A stretch of 64,000 nucleotides of DNA from Zygnema circumcarinatum SAG 698-1b (lineage: Eukaryota > Plantae > Zygnematophyceae), in assembly GCA_037447605.1 (NCBI GenBank), contig CM074805.1, positions 3,815,361-3,879,360 of the forward strand, written 5' to 3'. Below, one piece after another: positions 15,413-26,200 of this stretch. Position 1 is the first letter of the stretch. Each line of letters starts with the position of its first letter. The notes beneath the pieces were generated by a model that saw only the letters and a list, made by a program, of their open reading frames with translations, was not told where the DNA came from and did not search any database. Both the position numbers and the translations under genes were made by a program.

Positions 15413-18400
15413 TTACACTCCGCGCCATGTGCATTTACTGCGAATAAACTTTGTAAGTTTGGCGTTTCTTCTGCTCGAACATACCACATTGGACCATGTG
15501 CGGATTTCAAAAGCGTTGTCCCAACAACCGGTGAGGCATATGATCGTATTTATCGTTTCATTCTCTGCAAAGAAACACATCGAACGCATTAGCAGCCAAC
15601 TACTTTACAAAGGTCAGGATGGGGACCACGGGATTAAAGAATATGCAGGTTCCACGAGAAGCAGAACGGGTATGGAAAGGTGGGGAAGGAAGGAAGGAAC
15701 GAATAACGGTAGGGGAAATCCAGAAACGGATGTGGCAGCAGAAGGCAAGCGTGAAGAGAAGGATGGTAGAAAAAAGAGAAAGGGTATAGAGAGAGGGGAC
15801 ACGATGAAATGGAAAATGCCAATGGCGGAGCAAAAGAGCGTGCACATGAAAGACTAAAGGGGGGAAAGAGGAAGGAAAAGAAGTGGTGGAGGAATCATGT
15901 AGGGAGACAGAGGAAGAAAACGAGCCTTCTTGAGGCAGAGTCTAACCTTGCCAGAGCTCAAGGAAGCAATCATAGCCCAGCGAATCAAACCACTGCACCA
16001 CGTCTTGGAGGCGAAACTCCTCCCAGCGCCCAATAGAGTGGTACTCGAACACCACCAGTTCAATTTGATGCGCTTTGAGGGCCCGTTCAGAGCCAAACAG
16101 CACCAAGGGATCGTGCCTGCAAAAGATTCCGGTCTTGAATCTAGAATTTATAAATTTAGAAGTCAACAGGGTTGCTGCAACATGTACTGCCCAAAACTAT
16201 GCGCATATATTGTCCCAAGCCTATGATGTTTTTAAAACTGACAATTGGGGAGCCACTATCGTTCCACTGTGCTCTGGCATGCATCCAAACATTATGAGGA
16301 GAGAGGAGGGTGGGGGAGAGAAGGGACAGGGGAGGGGGAATGGGGAGAGAGGGGGCGGGGGCAGGGGGGAGGGGGGAGGTGGGGAGCGGAGGGGAGAGAG
16401 GGAGTGGAGGGAAAGGGGAGTGGGGGAAGGGGAAGGGGGGGGAGGGGAAAGGGTGAGAGGGGGACAGGAGCTGGGGTAGGGGGAGGGGAGAAGGGGAGAT
16501 GGGAGGGAAGGGGAGAGGGAGAGCAGGGAGCGGGGAAGGGGACTGTGGGAGGGAGGGCTGGGGGGATACATGTGCTGTGCTCATATATTGTCCCAAGAGC
16601 CACTATGGTTTCACTGTCCTCTCACATGCAGCCAAGCATCATGCATCATCGTGAACTAACATGGATGCCCCAAGTTCATGTTTTAATCTCAAGAGGAACT
16701 GATAAATTACGGCGGACATGAATTCATGAAGTTAGTGCCTTAAGCCCATCAACACTATCTCCTTCATTCTCACTTAACCACAAGTCTACGACCACGTCCT
16801 CACCCCACAAGTGCTGAGATATGAGGGCATACCCTTCAGTGTCAATCATGAGGTGGTGGATGTGTTCAATTCTGTGCTCCTCCATGAACTCGTCCACTGT
16901 GAAGATGCGAACATCCACAGTACTTTGTCCAGCGTCTCCTACCATAGACCTTGTGTAACCCAACCTAATGGCCGGAGATCGCCCACAAAGAGCTTCAGAG
17001 ACTTCCCCCTCCTCAACACATATGAACAAAAACAATAAACGTAGTGACAATCTAATAAGCAATGTAAATAGTTAGAAAATAGACGTCTAGCAAACAAGTG
17101 AGCCGTACGATGTGACAGGGAAGGCCACAACTCCGCTGACATTGGCGGCTGCAGCGTTCAGAAGAGTCATTCTCCCATATTCGGACCACACCTGAAACCC
17201 TCTTCTCCTTCGCCTCTTAAAGACTGAACCCTCTCCCCCCTCCCCCTTCCCCCGTCCCCCCTCCCCCCCAGTTCCCCCTCCCCTCCCTTCCCTCTCCTTC
17301 GACCACCCATCCTGATTGATGCAGATCTACTTCAAGAGCGCAGAATAACCGCACCTTAAATTCCAAAAGAAGCTTGAAATTTGTGATGCTGGGCTCCAGT
17401 GCGTATATGTGGACCCCCCGAACCGGCCCCCGAGTCCTTAAAAGGCCTAAAATCACACCCCAGAAGGCATATTAAAGCAAACCCGAGTCTGCCAGGTAGC
17501 CAAACAAAAGAAAATGGAATTTTGTACCTTTAGTCACTCACTGGACTTTGAGCCAAAATCGCCTCCTTTTGCGGCCCAAAGAAAACTTCAAATCTGTGAA
17601 GAAAACCTAGAGAAGGAAACATCCGCTCAGGCACCTGTAGATGTTGATGGTTCTACTTCGCAATCCCCACAAGTCCCGCAAAGGTTGCTTGCTGCTTCAC
17701 CCGTCGGCTCTTCATACTTTTGCATGAGGTAACTCCCCCACTCTCTTGGGCCCTTTGAGTTGGTTAAATTCCAAGCGTCTAACCATGCGACGAGGTTATA
17801 ACCTGCATAGAAAAGTACTCAAAACATCACTAAAGAATGTACCATGCATGAATTCAGCATTGCGTTTTCTGTAACATGGGTTTTTGCCCAGTCACCTTTG
17901 TTGGCTCCAATGTTGACGAAAGTGAGTAACTGCTCCGATGGGTCCCATATTGTCCTTAGGTACGATTCGAGGCCCGCCTGATGCCCACAGCCGATGTAAC
18001 TGCCTCTTCTTATCCGAAAATATCCGGTACCTTCGCAAAGTGTGTTAAAAGCCTCCACCTGTTTGATTCGTTTTTCATTCGAGCACACTTCGGAAGGAAG
18101 CTCATCTTCACGCAGCAAAGGCAAAGCGGAGAGAAAAAAACAACGAGAAACAAGAAGCCAGAATTGAGCAGTCCGTTTATCCAAGCCACAATTGTTGAGA
18201 TAACAAGAGAGAGAGTGTGCCGAGAGAACATCAATTGTGAAGCATGAACTTCAATGAGTTATAGGATTGCACTCTGCTGTCAGAATTTTTTCTTGGATGT
18301 GTCTTTGAGCCACAGGAAAACAGGTTGACGCAGTTTCCAACGGTTGCTTCACTCCCAAGGACAATGAGAAGCTTAGAATGAAGAGGGAGAGAGTTTGCCA

Positions 18401-18863
18401 CTAACACTACTAATGATGTTTGGTATCGGAGGAATCCGAGCACCGTCGTCAGGTTATTAAAACACAAGAAATCAGCAGCTTGCCCAAACTTCATGAATGT
18501 AAAAATCAGCGCCAAAATGAGCGCATCTGAGTGAAACGCTTACCACGTTGTCAAGTTGCAAGCCATAGAACACCGTCCAGTTCCAATTCAAACGGTAGAA
18601 CAGAACGCAACAATCATACATAGAACACAAATATTCCGCATTGCATCCATACCCTGCAGTATCTCTTCTTGCGTAACCGCCAACGGAGGGCGTTCCATGG
18701 AGTCCTGCTGCGCGTTCCGTTGGCAGAAATTGAACTGAGGGATTCCCTGTTTGGTGTTGCGGAGGAGCAGCACGACGGCGGCGGAGGAGAGGATGAGGCC
18801 CGTCCATAGGAAGATGAGAACCTTCTGGTAGGAAAAACGTCCGCTTTCTGTTGGGAGGCTCAT
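15413..18863 (-). CDS. FkbM-family (Methyltransf_21-like) SAM-dependent methyltransferase with N-terminal transmembrane anchor
   Basis: Start MSLPTESGRFSYQK is followed by hydrophobic VLIFLWTGLILSSAAVVLLL. Motifs FVNIGANKG (SAM motif I), IYALEPS, TVDEFM..HLMIDTEG, LVVFEYH, LGYDCFL and LTGCWDNAFEIRTWSNVVC. Some internal exon edges are uncertain. Confidence 0.82.
16297..16567. repeat. ~270-bp polypurine (G/A) low-complexity tract in an FkbM intron
   Basis: Almost pure G/A on the + strand with many G3-G6 runs. Similar shorter tracts recur at ~15020, 17230, 18870, 20760, 21490, 33230, 48700, 51470 and 53560. Confidence 0.9.
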
Positions 18864-19175
18864 TGAGACGGGGAGGGAGGGTGAAAGGAGGGGAGGGAGA
18901 GGAAGGAGAAAAGAGAGAGACAGAGGAGAGGGTTGGTGGAGACAAAGGGTTAGAGAGGGTTGGAAAGAGAGGGAGGAGAGTGGTGGGGGAGATAGGAGAG
19001 GGGGTGGGAGAGGGAGAGAGGATGGGGAGGGAGGGAGGCCGGAGGGAGAGCGTGGTGGGAGAGAGATCATTGTTCGTGCGTGGGAGAGGGCGACGCGCGC
19101 CGATTGGCCCGGGCGGGGAGCAGTCCAAAACGCGCCGCCGGCTCCTCTCCAGTACACGAAATCCAATCGGCGCTC

Positions 19176-19961
19176 GCCACGTGGCCAGACATGTCAGTAC
19201 TGTACAGTAGGCGCAAAATTTGCTGCATGCTGCGATCGGTGGCTGTGAGGTGACGTGGCATAAGGACCGTCAGCGTGGCATCGAGACGGAGCGGAACTGC
19301 CACGTGACTGTGCACGATTGGTTAATGGAATCAAAGTTTTTTACATACGTGGCATCCAAGTCGGTGCCACGCCGGCTCCTGATGGGATGAGGCCGCGAAA
19401 CGACAAGAAACAGTGACGTATGACTGTGTCACTCGCGCGTGTGGGATGCCGGTAGGTTGACTGCCGTTTCCGACCGTAACCGCTTTGAGTTGTACTGTCG
19501 CCAGCCGTGGAAAGGTGGTGCGACTATTCGTAAAGGCCAATGGAAACGCACCACGCAGTCAACCTTACTTTTCAAGGGCTTGGGGCTGTGAGCCTAGTGG
19601 AATGACGTGGCATATGTGCATGGTATGGTGACGTGACACGTGAACCTTTGTACGTGACGTGACACAATCCCTAGTCGATCCAAGCCGGGTGACGTGGCAC
19701 GTGCGCCTTTCCAGATGAGGTGTCGCATTAGCCTCCGCTGTTGATGTGCGTTGTGCGCGCATCCGGGTAACGTCGCCACTACGGCGACTTGAGTCACGTT
19801 ACGTCATGTCACTGAATAGGCCTTCCCGACAGCCTGAAGCGTGACGTGACGAATGGTCGAGGAGCGGTCTAGACAGATGGGGAACTTTCATTGAACTCGC
19901 GATGGCGAGGCCATCAAATGTACATGGGACAAAAGCAAAATGTGGAACCCGAGACACGTGA
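19176..19961. promoter_or_regulatory. ACGT-core (G-box/TGACGTG) cluster upstream of the FkbM gene
   Basis: About 17 ACGT cores counted by eye in ~790 bp, many as GTGACGTG, CACGTG or ACGTGGC. Confidence 0.6.
19889..19953 (-). mobile_element. Repeat family B, copy 3 (inverted, partial)
   Basis: Reverse complement reads CTCGGGTTCCACATTTTGCTTTTGTCCCATGTACATTTGATGGCCTCGCCATCGCGAGTTCAATG. Confidence 0.7.
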
Positions 19962-20001
19962 CAAGTGAGGCAGGCAGGCAGTGCCAAGCAGGGCTCCTGC
20001 C

Positions 20002-20054
20002 GTATGTATATTATGTATGTATATATGTATGTATGTATGAATGCATGTATGTGT
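20002..20054. repeat. (TATG)n microsatellite
   Basis: Direct reading. Confidence 0.85.
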
Positions 20055-20649
20055 GCATGGCGTCTAATTCGTTACAAAACCTATTTCCGAGTCTCATTTT
20101 CATTTCAAGTTTGTTGTTTTCTTCTTCTTCTCTGACAATCCAATTCAAAGATGGGCTCCTTCGGGAGCACATCCCGATTTCAACCCTTGAATGTCCGGCA
20201 TCATATCTTGTTAAGCCTACCGATAAAATAGACGACAATAGTGAAGATTTGGTCAGGCGATTATTACCAAACTAGCCAACCTCGTCTGATGGCGCTACTC
20301 TCCGCCGAACCAGCTCTAATCTTTGCTTAGACTGCACTCTCTAAACACCTTCAACAAAAAAAAAACAAAAAAGTGGGGGGGGCACCGCCAACTTTACCGC
20401 TACCTCGTCCCCCCCCATCGAGACAATGCTTACGTGCTGCTTCAATCTCATCCAATCCTTCTTACAATAGGAAGTCCTGCACCTACGCCTATCTGCGTTA
20501 TGGTCGCTCCATACAATAAAACACAACAAAAAATATGCGTCACTTTCTCCTCCCCTTTGTAACGGCCTTGTGATGAGATCTGGACCTACTCGCACCCCTT
20601 CAAGAGCTACTCGACATTGCCGTATGTACATTCGAGAGCAAGTAAGTGA

Positions 20650-21450
20650 TCACGACCGGTACATCCCTTGAGAAGGAGGTGGCGCCGGTGCTTTAGCCAA
20701 ATTTTGAAAAAGTGCCACGTTTCCGTTGTATGCTGCAGCACAAATGGGCGGAAAAGCGTTAGAGAAAGAGAGGAAGGAGAGGGAGAGAGGGAGGGAGAGA
20801 GGGAGGGAGAGGAGGGACGGAGGGAGGACGGGAGGGAGGGCTGACTTATGGAGGGGTCCCAGCCGCGGTTCTTGAGTTCGCGCGTCTCCTGGCAGACGGC
20901 GCAGGGCCAGCAGAAGAGGTGCACGCAGAGGTCCGGGCAGGGCTGCGGTGGGAGGAGGTACTTGTGGCGCAGGCGCGTGCGGTAGCTGCACGTGTACAGG
21001 CAGCCCAGGAGGCACAGGTCCTGCATCACGTACCACACCACGCCCGCCGTCGCGCATCCTGCGCACCGCCCCGTGCCACGCACTGTTAGGACAGTTAGGG
21101 TTTCAAGATGGGGTGACAATGGGAAGTAGAGAGCAGGCGTTGGGGGATAGCAGCAAGGGGAGCACTCACCTGTGTAGCCGTCGCTGATGAGCTCAGCGTT
21201 CTGTCCCACCATGACGCAAGGGCAGATGAGAGTGCAGCAACCTGCGGGAAGGGGGGGTGGCTTAGGTCAGTGCGGGGGACTGAAGAGAAAGGGTGGAGGG
21301 GAGAGAGGGCAGAGAGAAGGAGAGATAGGGGGTGCGACGCTCACAGGAGTCACAGTCCTCAAGGCAGCCGAACAGGCCAGTGGTCCATGCGCCCGTCGGC
21401 CGCGTGCTCCACGCTGGCTGAGGAGGGTACATGTACGAGCTGCTCGCCAT
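20650..21450 (-). CDS. PLAC8-family protein (PCR/CNR/FW2.2-like), 4 exons
   Basis: Spliced product MASSSYMYPPQPAWSTRPTGAWTTGLFGCLEDCDS-CCCTLICPCVMVGQNAELISDGYT-GCATAG...CLYTCSYRTRLRHKYLLPPQPCPDLCVHLFCWPCAVCQETRELKNRGWDPSI-AYNG...PPPSQGMYRS*. Shows the W-STGL-C, CCxxxxCPC and QExREL hallmarks. Confidence 0.95.
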
Positions 21451-22125
21451 GGCGTCTGGGGCTTGTGTTAGGGAGGGAAAAATGAAGGCAAGAGTGGGAG
21501 AGGGCAGAGAGAGAAAGAGGCGAAATGTAAGAGGCGGAGGAGAGAGGGAGAGGGGAGTGATGGAGGGTGTGGTAGCAGCGAGGGGAGGGGGGAGGGAGAG
21601 GCGCGGGGAGGTGCCCGCCCGCCCGAGCGGAGGCGGAGAAGAAAGGAGGCGCCGCCGCGAGGACGTGGGGGGGGGCCCCATGTTCGCGCCAGCGCGGCTG
21701 CCACGTGGCAGAGGCCTCGCCCTCGGCACGCTTTGGAGGGCTGCGCGCGAGCGGGCCGCAGCCAATGGGCGCGCGGGAATGGCGTGACATGGCAGCTGGG
21801 GCCTGCTACGGGCACATGTCACATAGGACCGCCGACATTCGTACAGTCGCAGGAGTGTCTGACGTGGCGGTGCAGGATTGGTTCCAAGGAAGTCGGGCCA
21901 GGTTAACGGACGCTATCTGCCGTACATACGTTGTGTCGTGTAGGGAGTCAGTAGGGACGATGGGTGACCCATGTTGAGGTATGGCATGGCATGGCATGGG
22001 ATGCCATGGCGTGGGATGGGAGCCATCCCATCGGTGGAGGCCCTAAGGCTTTGGGGAAGGGTCGTTGCACAACAGCTTGGTTCATGCTTTGGGCACGGGC
22101 ACACAATGCGAAGGAAATTCCCAGA

Positions 22126-22862
22126 CAACTTTGCACAGTTCGGACCAGTGAATCGGCAACCATTGGACAACCATTGGATGGCAATGGTTGGACGTCTACT
22201 GGTTGGCAACCAGTCGAATGGTTGTTTCGGTCCGCAACCACTGGTTGGCAACCAGTCGACTGGTTTGGAACCAGTGGATGCCACTGGTTGGCAACCAGTC
22301 GAATGGTTGTTTCGATCCGGCGGCACTGGTTGGCAACCAGTCGAATGGTTATATCCATTAAATCAAATGGTTGGCAACCATTAAATCACTAGTTGTAGCG
22401 AACTGAACGCTACAGCTACCAAAATGCCGTCGGCGTTTCGGAGAAAACTATTACGGTTCGGCCGTACAGAATACCCGTACAACCGTACGACTCGAATGTA
22501 CGGACCCGTACACATTTGTACGCATCAGGCTTGTTACACTAGTTGTCAACGGTTGGCAACTCACCAAAAAACACATACGACCCATTTTTGCAAAAAGGCA
22601 TAATTTCAGAAATTCAATGGTTGCCAACCATTGGATCACCGGTTCCGAACCAGTCGAATGGTTGTTTCAGTCCTGCGCCACTGGTTCGCAACCAGTCGAA
22701 TGGTTTCCAACCAGTGGATGCTACTGGTTGGCAACCATTCGACTGGTTGCCAACCAGTGGCATCCACTGGTTCCAAACCAGTCGAATGGTTGTTTCGGTC
22801 CGCAACCACTGGTTGCCAACCAGTCGACTGGTTTGTCTAATGGTCCGATCTGTGCAACTTTG
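22126..22862. mobile_element. Foldback/MITE-like element (family A) with 22-bp imperfect TIRs and two subterminal arrays of palindromic 42-43-bp units
   Basis: Left end CAACTTTGCACAGTTCGGACCA (22126-22147) vs reverse complement of right end CAAAGTTGCACAGATCGGACCA (22841-22862), 19/22 identity. Nine copies of a 25-bp core CTGGTTGGCAACCAGTCGA(A/C)TGGTT. No coding capacity. Confidence 0.65.
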
Positions 22863-23219
22863 CCAAGCCAACATGGGCGAGGATGCATGGCAGAAAGAGG
22901 CTCCAGTTCTGGCCTTGTCAATAGACCGGGGCCACAACTTCCATTGACGACTTCAAAGTGGAGCACACATAATTCTTTATGGTGAAAGTTGAATTCAAGC
23001 ATCCTCCACAGCACTGCCCGCTGTACAAGTTATATCCTTTCAAAGGCGGGGGCACTGCAACCCCCTAAATTTGTAACATATTAATCAGTCAATCACTTAC
23101 GATATAGCTAAGAATCGAAAAATAAAAGGTGATATGTGAGGCGAATTCGCTATCTATAAGCAATGGTCGGAAATTGTAGTACATAACGGTGGGCCACGGG
23201 CTGCCAGAGGAGCACGGCT

Positions 23220-26200
23220 TCACTTGTAGTCCACTCCGTCATCCAAATTTTTGGACCCCATCATCACATTGCCCGCCAGCTGCTTATCCACTTTTTCCTT
23301 TCGCCGTCTCTCAAATGCGATGTATCCCTCCATCTGGTTTTGAACAAAAGCAAGAGCAAGAGAGTGAGAGGGAGGGGGGAGAGATGAAGAGAGCGGGAGA
23401 GAGAGAGAGATAGAATTTTGGTACGAGCACTCAACGGTAAAAAGAAACTAAGCTGCATCCTTGGCCAACGTGTAGACTGGGGAAACAGACGGATTCAAAC
23501 TCTCCGGTGAAAGAGTGTGGTGGAGAGAAGGCGTTAGCCACAGGAAGGTTGGAAGGGAGCAGATGCACCTGCTCGAGATCCTCGCGTGAAAACGGGTTTC
23601 TATGCAATGACAGAGTTTGAAGAGCAGCACATTCCTCCAACAATAGGCGAGGAAGCTGTCCAAGCCACGATTGCCACACTCTTTAACGGAACTGAACAAA
23701 AATCCCCTGTTTTTCTGCGCTAAACTTTGAATATAGGCACTAGCAATTGAGCTTACAAAATGCGAGGCAAACTTTAATGCATCAATCATGTAAGGTAAGT
23801 ATACAACTTTGCACAAGCCTTTCAATGGTTGCATTTAAAACAAGGTGTTGATCCATACCTTGCTGATACTGTTTCCATCCAACAGGAGGGTTTTCAGTTG
23901 TTTTAATCTACAGATGGAGTCAGGGAGCTCCGAGATGGCGTTATCTGCACATGTGCATGCAGCCATCTTTCAATGTACCAAGTCAGCCTATAAATCCAAA
24001 AGGGCCTCCTCAACTACAGATGTTTCTCCATTTTCAAACGGAGGCCTGTGTGGAAACACTGCAAGAGGCCAAACTCAGGTGCTGACCGTCCGCCGCAATC
24101 TCCTCCAAAGAAGTGCATTCGCCGATGGAGGGGGGCAGAGAGCTCAGTTTGTTTCCCCGCACATCTAGGAGGACAAGCTGCCCCATGCCATGCATGCGGC
24201 CTTTCAGTCATGGTCAGCGAACGGGTCATGAATGAATGAAGCCATGAAACATATAGACGGTCTTGCCAGAAGTAAAGGGTCCGACCAAAGAAGGTTGGAA
24301 TCTGGGAACAATAGGTTGCAGATAGCCTTCAGCGTCCCACCTTCGCAAGTTGGCCAAGAGTTTGTGGCAGTGAAACAAGAACATTTTTGGCCAGCGAAAG
24401 GCGCTCCAAGCGTGTGAGGAAACCCACTGCACGCTTGCTCAAACGCACACAGTGAGAGAGTGGGAGAGAAAGCGAGGTTAAGATGCATGATGATCTCTCA
24501 TAATGCTCAATGCTTTGCCACTAGTTCAAGATACGGCTCCAATGGCTCTGTTTTTTCTTTATCAGGGCGATGATTAAAGTTGACGCAGTTTTGGGAATAG
24601 CCTGACAAGTTATAGGTTGAGCAGATTGTGGGACTGCACAACTAAGGAATCGCAGGGTACAAAATCTTCACTTTCATCCGGGAGGGCTCGTAGTTGGTTG
24701 GATTCCAAGCTAACAATCTTTAGCGATTTCAGACAACCAATTTCAGCTGGAACAGCTTCCAATCGATTTTCGCCCAGCATCTGCATCATGCAGCCAAGAG
24801 CGACATCCACAATGAACAGGATGGTTTCCTTTTCTCGAAGAAGGTTGGATAGGTGCCAGGTAGAAACAGAAGTTTAAAAAGGTACCAGTCTTTGAAGGTT
24901 GCACAGTTTGCCGATGTCCTCGGGCAAATCGGCTGCATTTGCAGTCAACTTAACATCCTGTAAGATACGGATTTTTCAAAAGAAGCTTTCTAAGCAGACA
25001 TCAAGGAAGCCAATTGAGATATAGGGGTTCCTAGGTCCTGAAGTTCGTCCACCTTCTCAAGGCCATACGTGAACCTATATTTGTGACAACTGGCCTTTGT
25101 TAAAAGAGGCCTTTGAAAAAAAAACAGAGCTTTGAAGAACAATGTGTTGGAGCATACTTAGTTTGTTGTTGGTGGCATCGAGCGTCCTAACAGCCATCCC
25201 AACTTCCCAAACTTGTGGGGGCAGCACCTGTGGAAAAACAAGTCGCCGAATACAAGTCATGATCGATGAATTCGAAGGAGCTTCTTCAATAAATCCAGCG
25301 AGAATAGCAATTTTCGTAAACTTGCCTTCAAGTTTGCATCTCTTAATGCAACAATGCCTGTACTCTTCCAGGTTGTAACTCGGTTGACCTGTCCAGCCCA
25401 GTCCAAGGCCATTGCGTAAGATATTGAACACCAGCAACTACTAGAGACGAGAAGCACGTTTCACGAATTGGTATTAGTTGCTGCTATTTTTGTTATTTTC
25501 GTTACCTTTGGACCAAGGATGGGACCAGCTGAAGGTTGACACAGCATCAGACTAGCTTGGCATCTATAACTGAATGTCGAAACATCTCATGGTATTATTG
25601 CTCCATATTTCTTAAAAAATCCTCAAGTATATGTGGCTTTGGTCTTATCGTCTCTCATCGACTTTCGAACTGCATGACACAGCCAAAAGTACATTTTCCT
25701 TTTACAAAGAATTACCCAACCTATCGATGATAACTAACATTGATCAAGTGAATTGCACGCAAATTTCATGCATGGGATCGATCCTTGCAGCCAAATATTT
25801 GGCTGCTGGCACATTAGAAGGACAATTCCTTGACTGAATAATGCAGTTTCTCAAATTAAAAAAGGACGTCCCCAAACGGATGCTACCGCTTCATCTACAT
25901 GAAGCTACCGTATATATGCCATTCACAATTACGTTCTTACAAAAATGACCTTGGAAGCTTAACCACCATAGCCAGCCCAATGACTCACCAAGCAAACGTT
26001 CACTGTGAATTTCATCATTCTAACAGGCAGTAGGTTTTATTCCAGCCACCCTTGAAGCACTTCAATATTCACATCTGCTTAGGGAACCCGTGATTGAGAT
26101 TCTGAAACTCATGTGCCAATGGATGGGTTATAAAGACCGATATCCCAAGTCTGATATAAGGTTGGAGCTTCTCATAGAAAATGTTGGACTATATGTTCTC

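Noticed and set aside
22199-22833. CRISPR array call for the 25-bp repeat / 17-18-bp spacer pattern
   Set aside because: Spacers are too short and recur (two classes, one exact duplicate), the host is a eukaryote with spliced genes, there are no cas genes or leader, and TIRs and dispersed partial copies fit a transposon-derived minisatellite.
21913-23014. Multiple 70-140-aa ORFs on both strands (NQSNG/PVDW repeats)
   Set aside because: They are translations of the palindromic repeat, which lacks stops in several frames; no protein signature.
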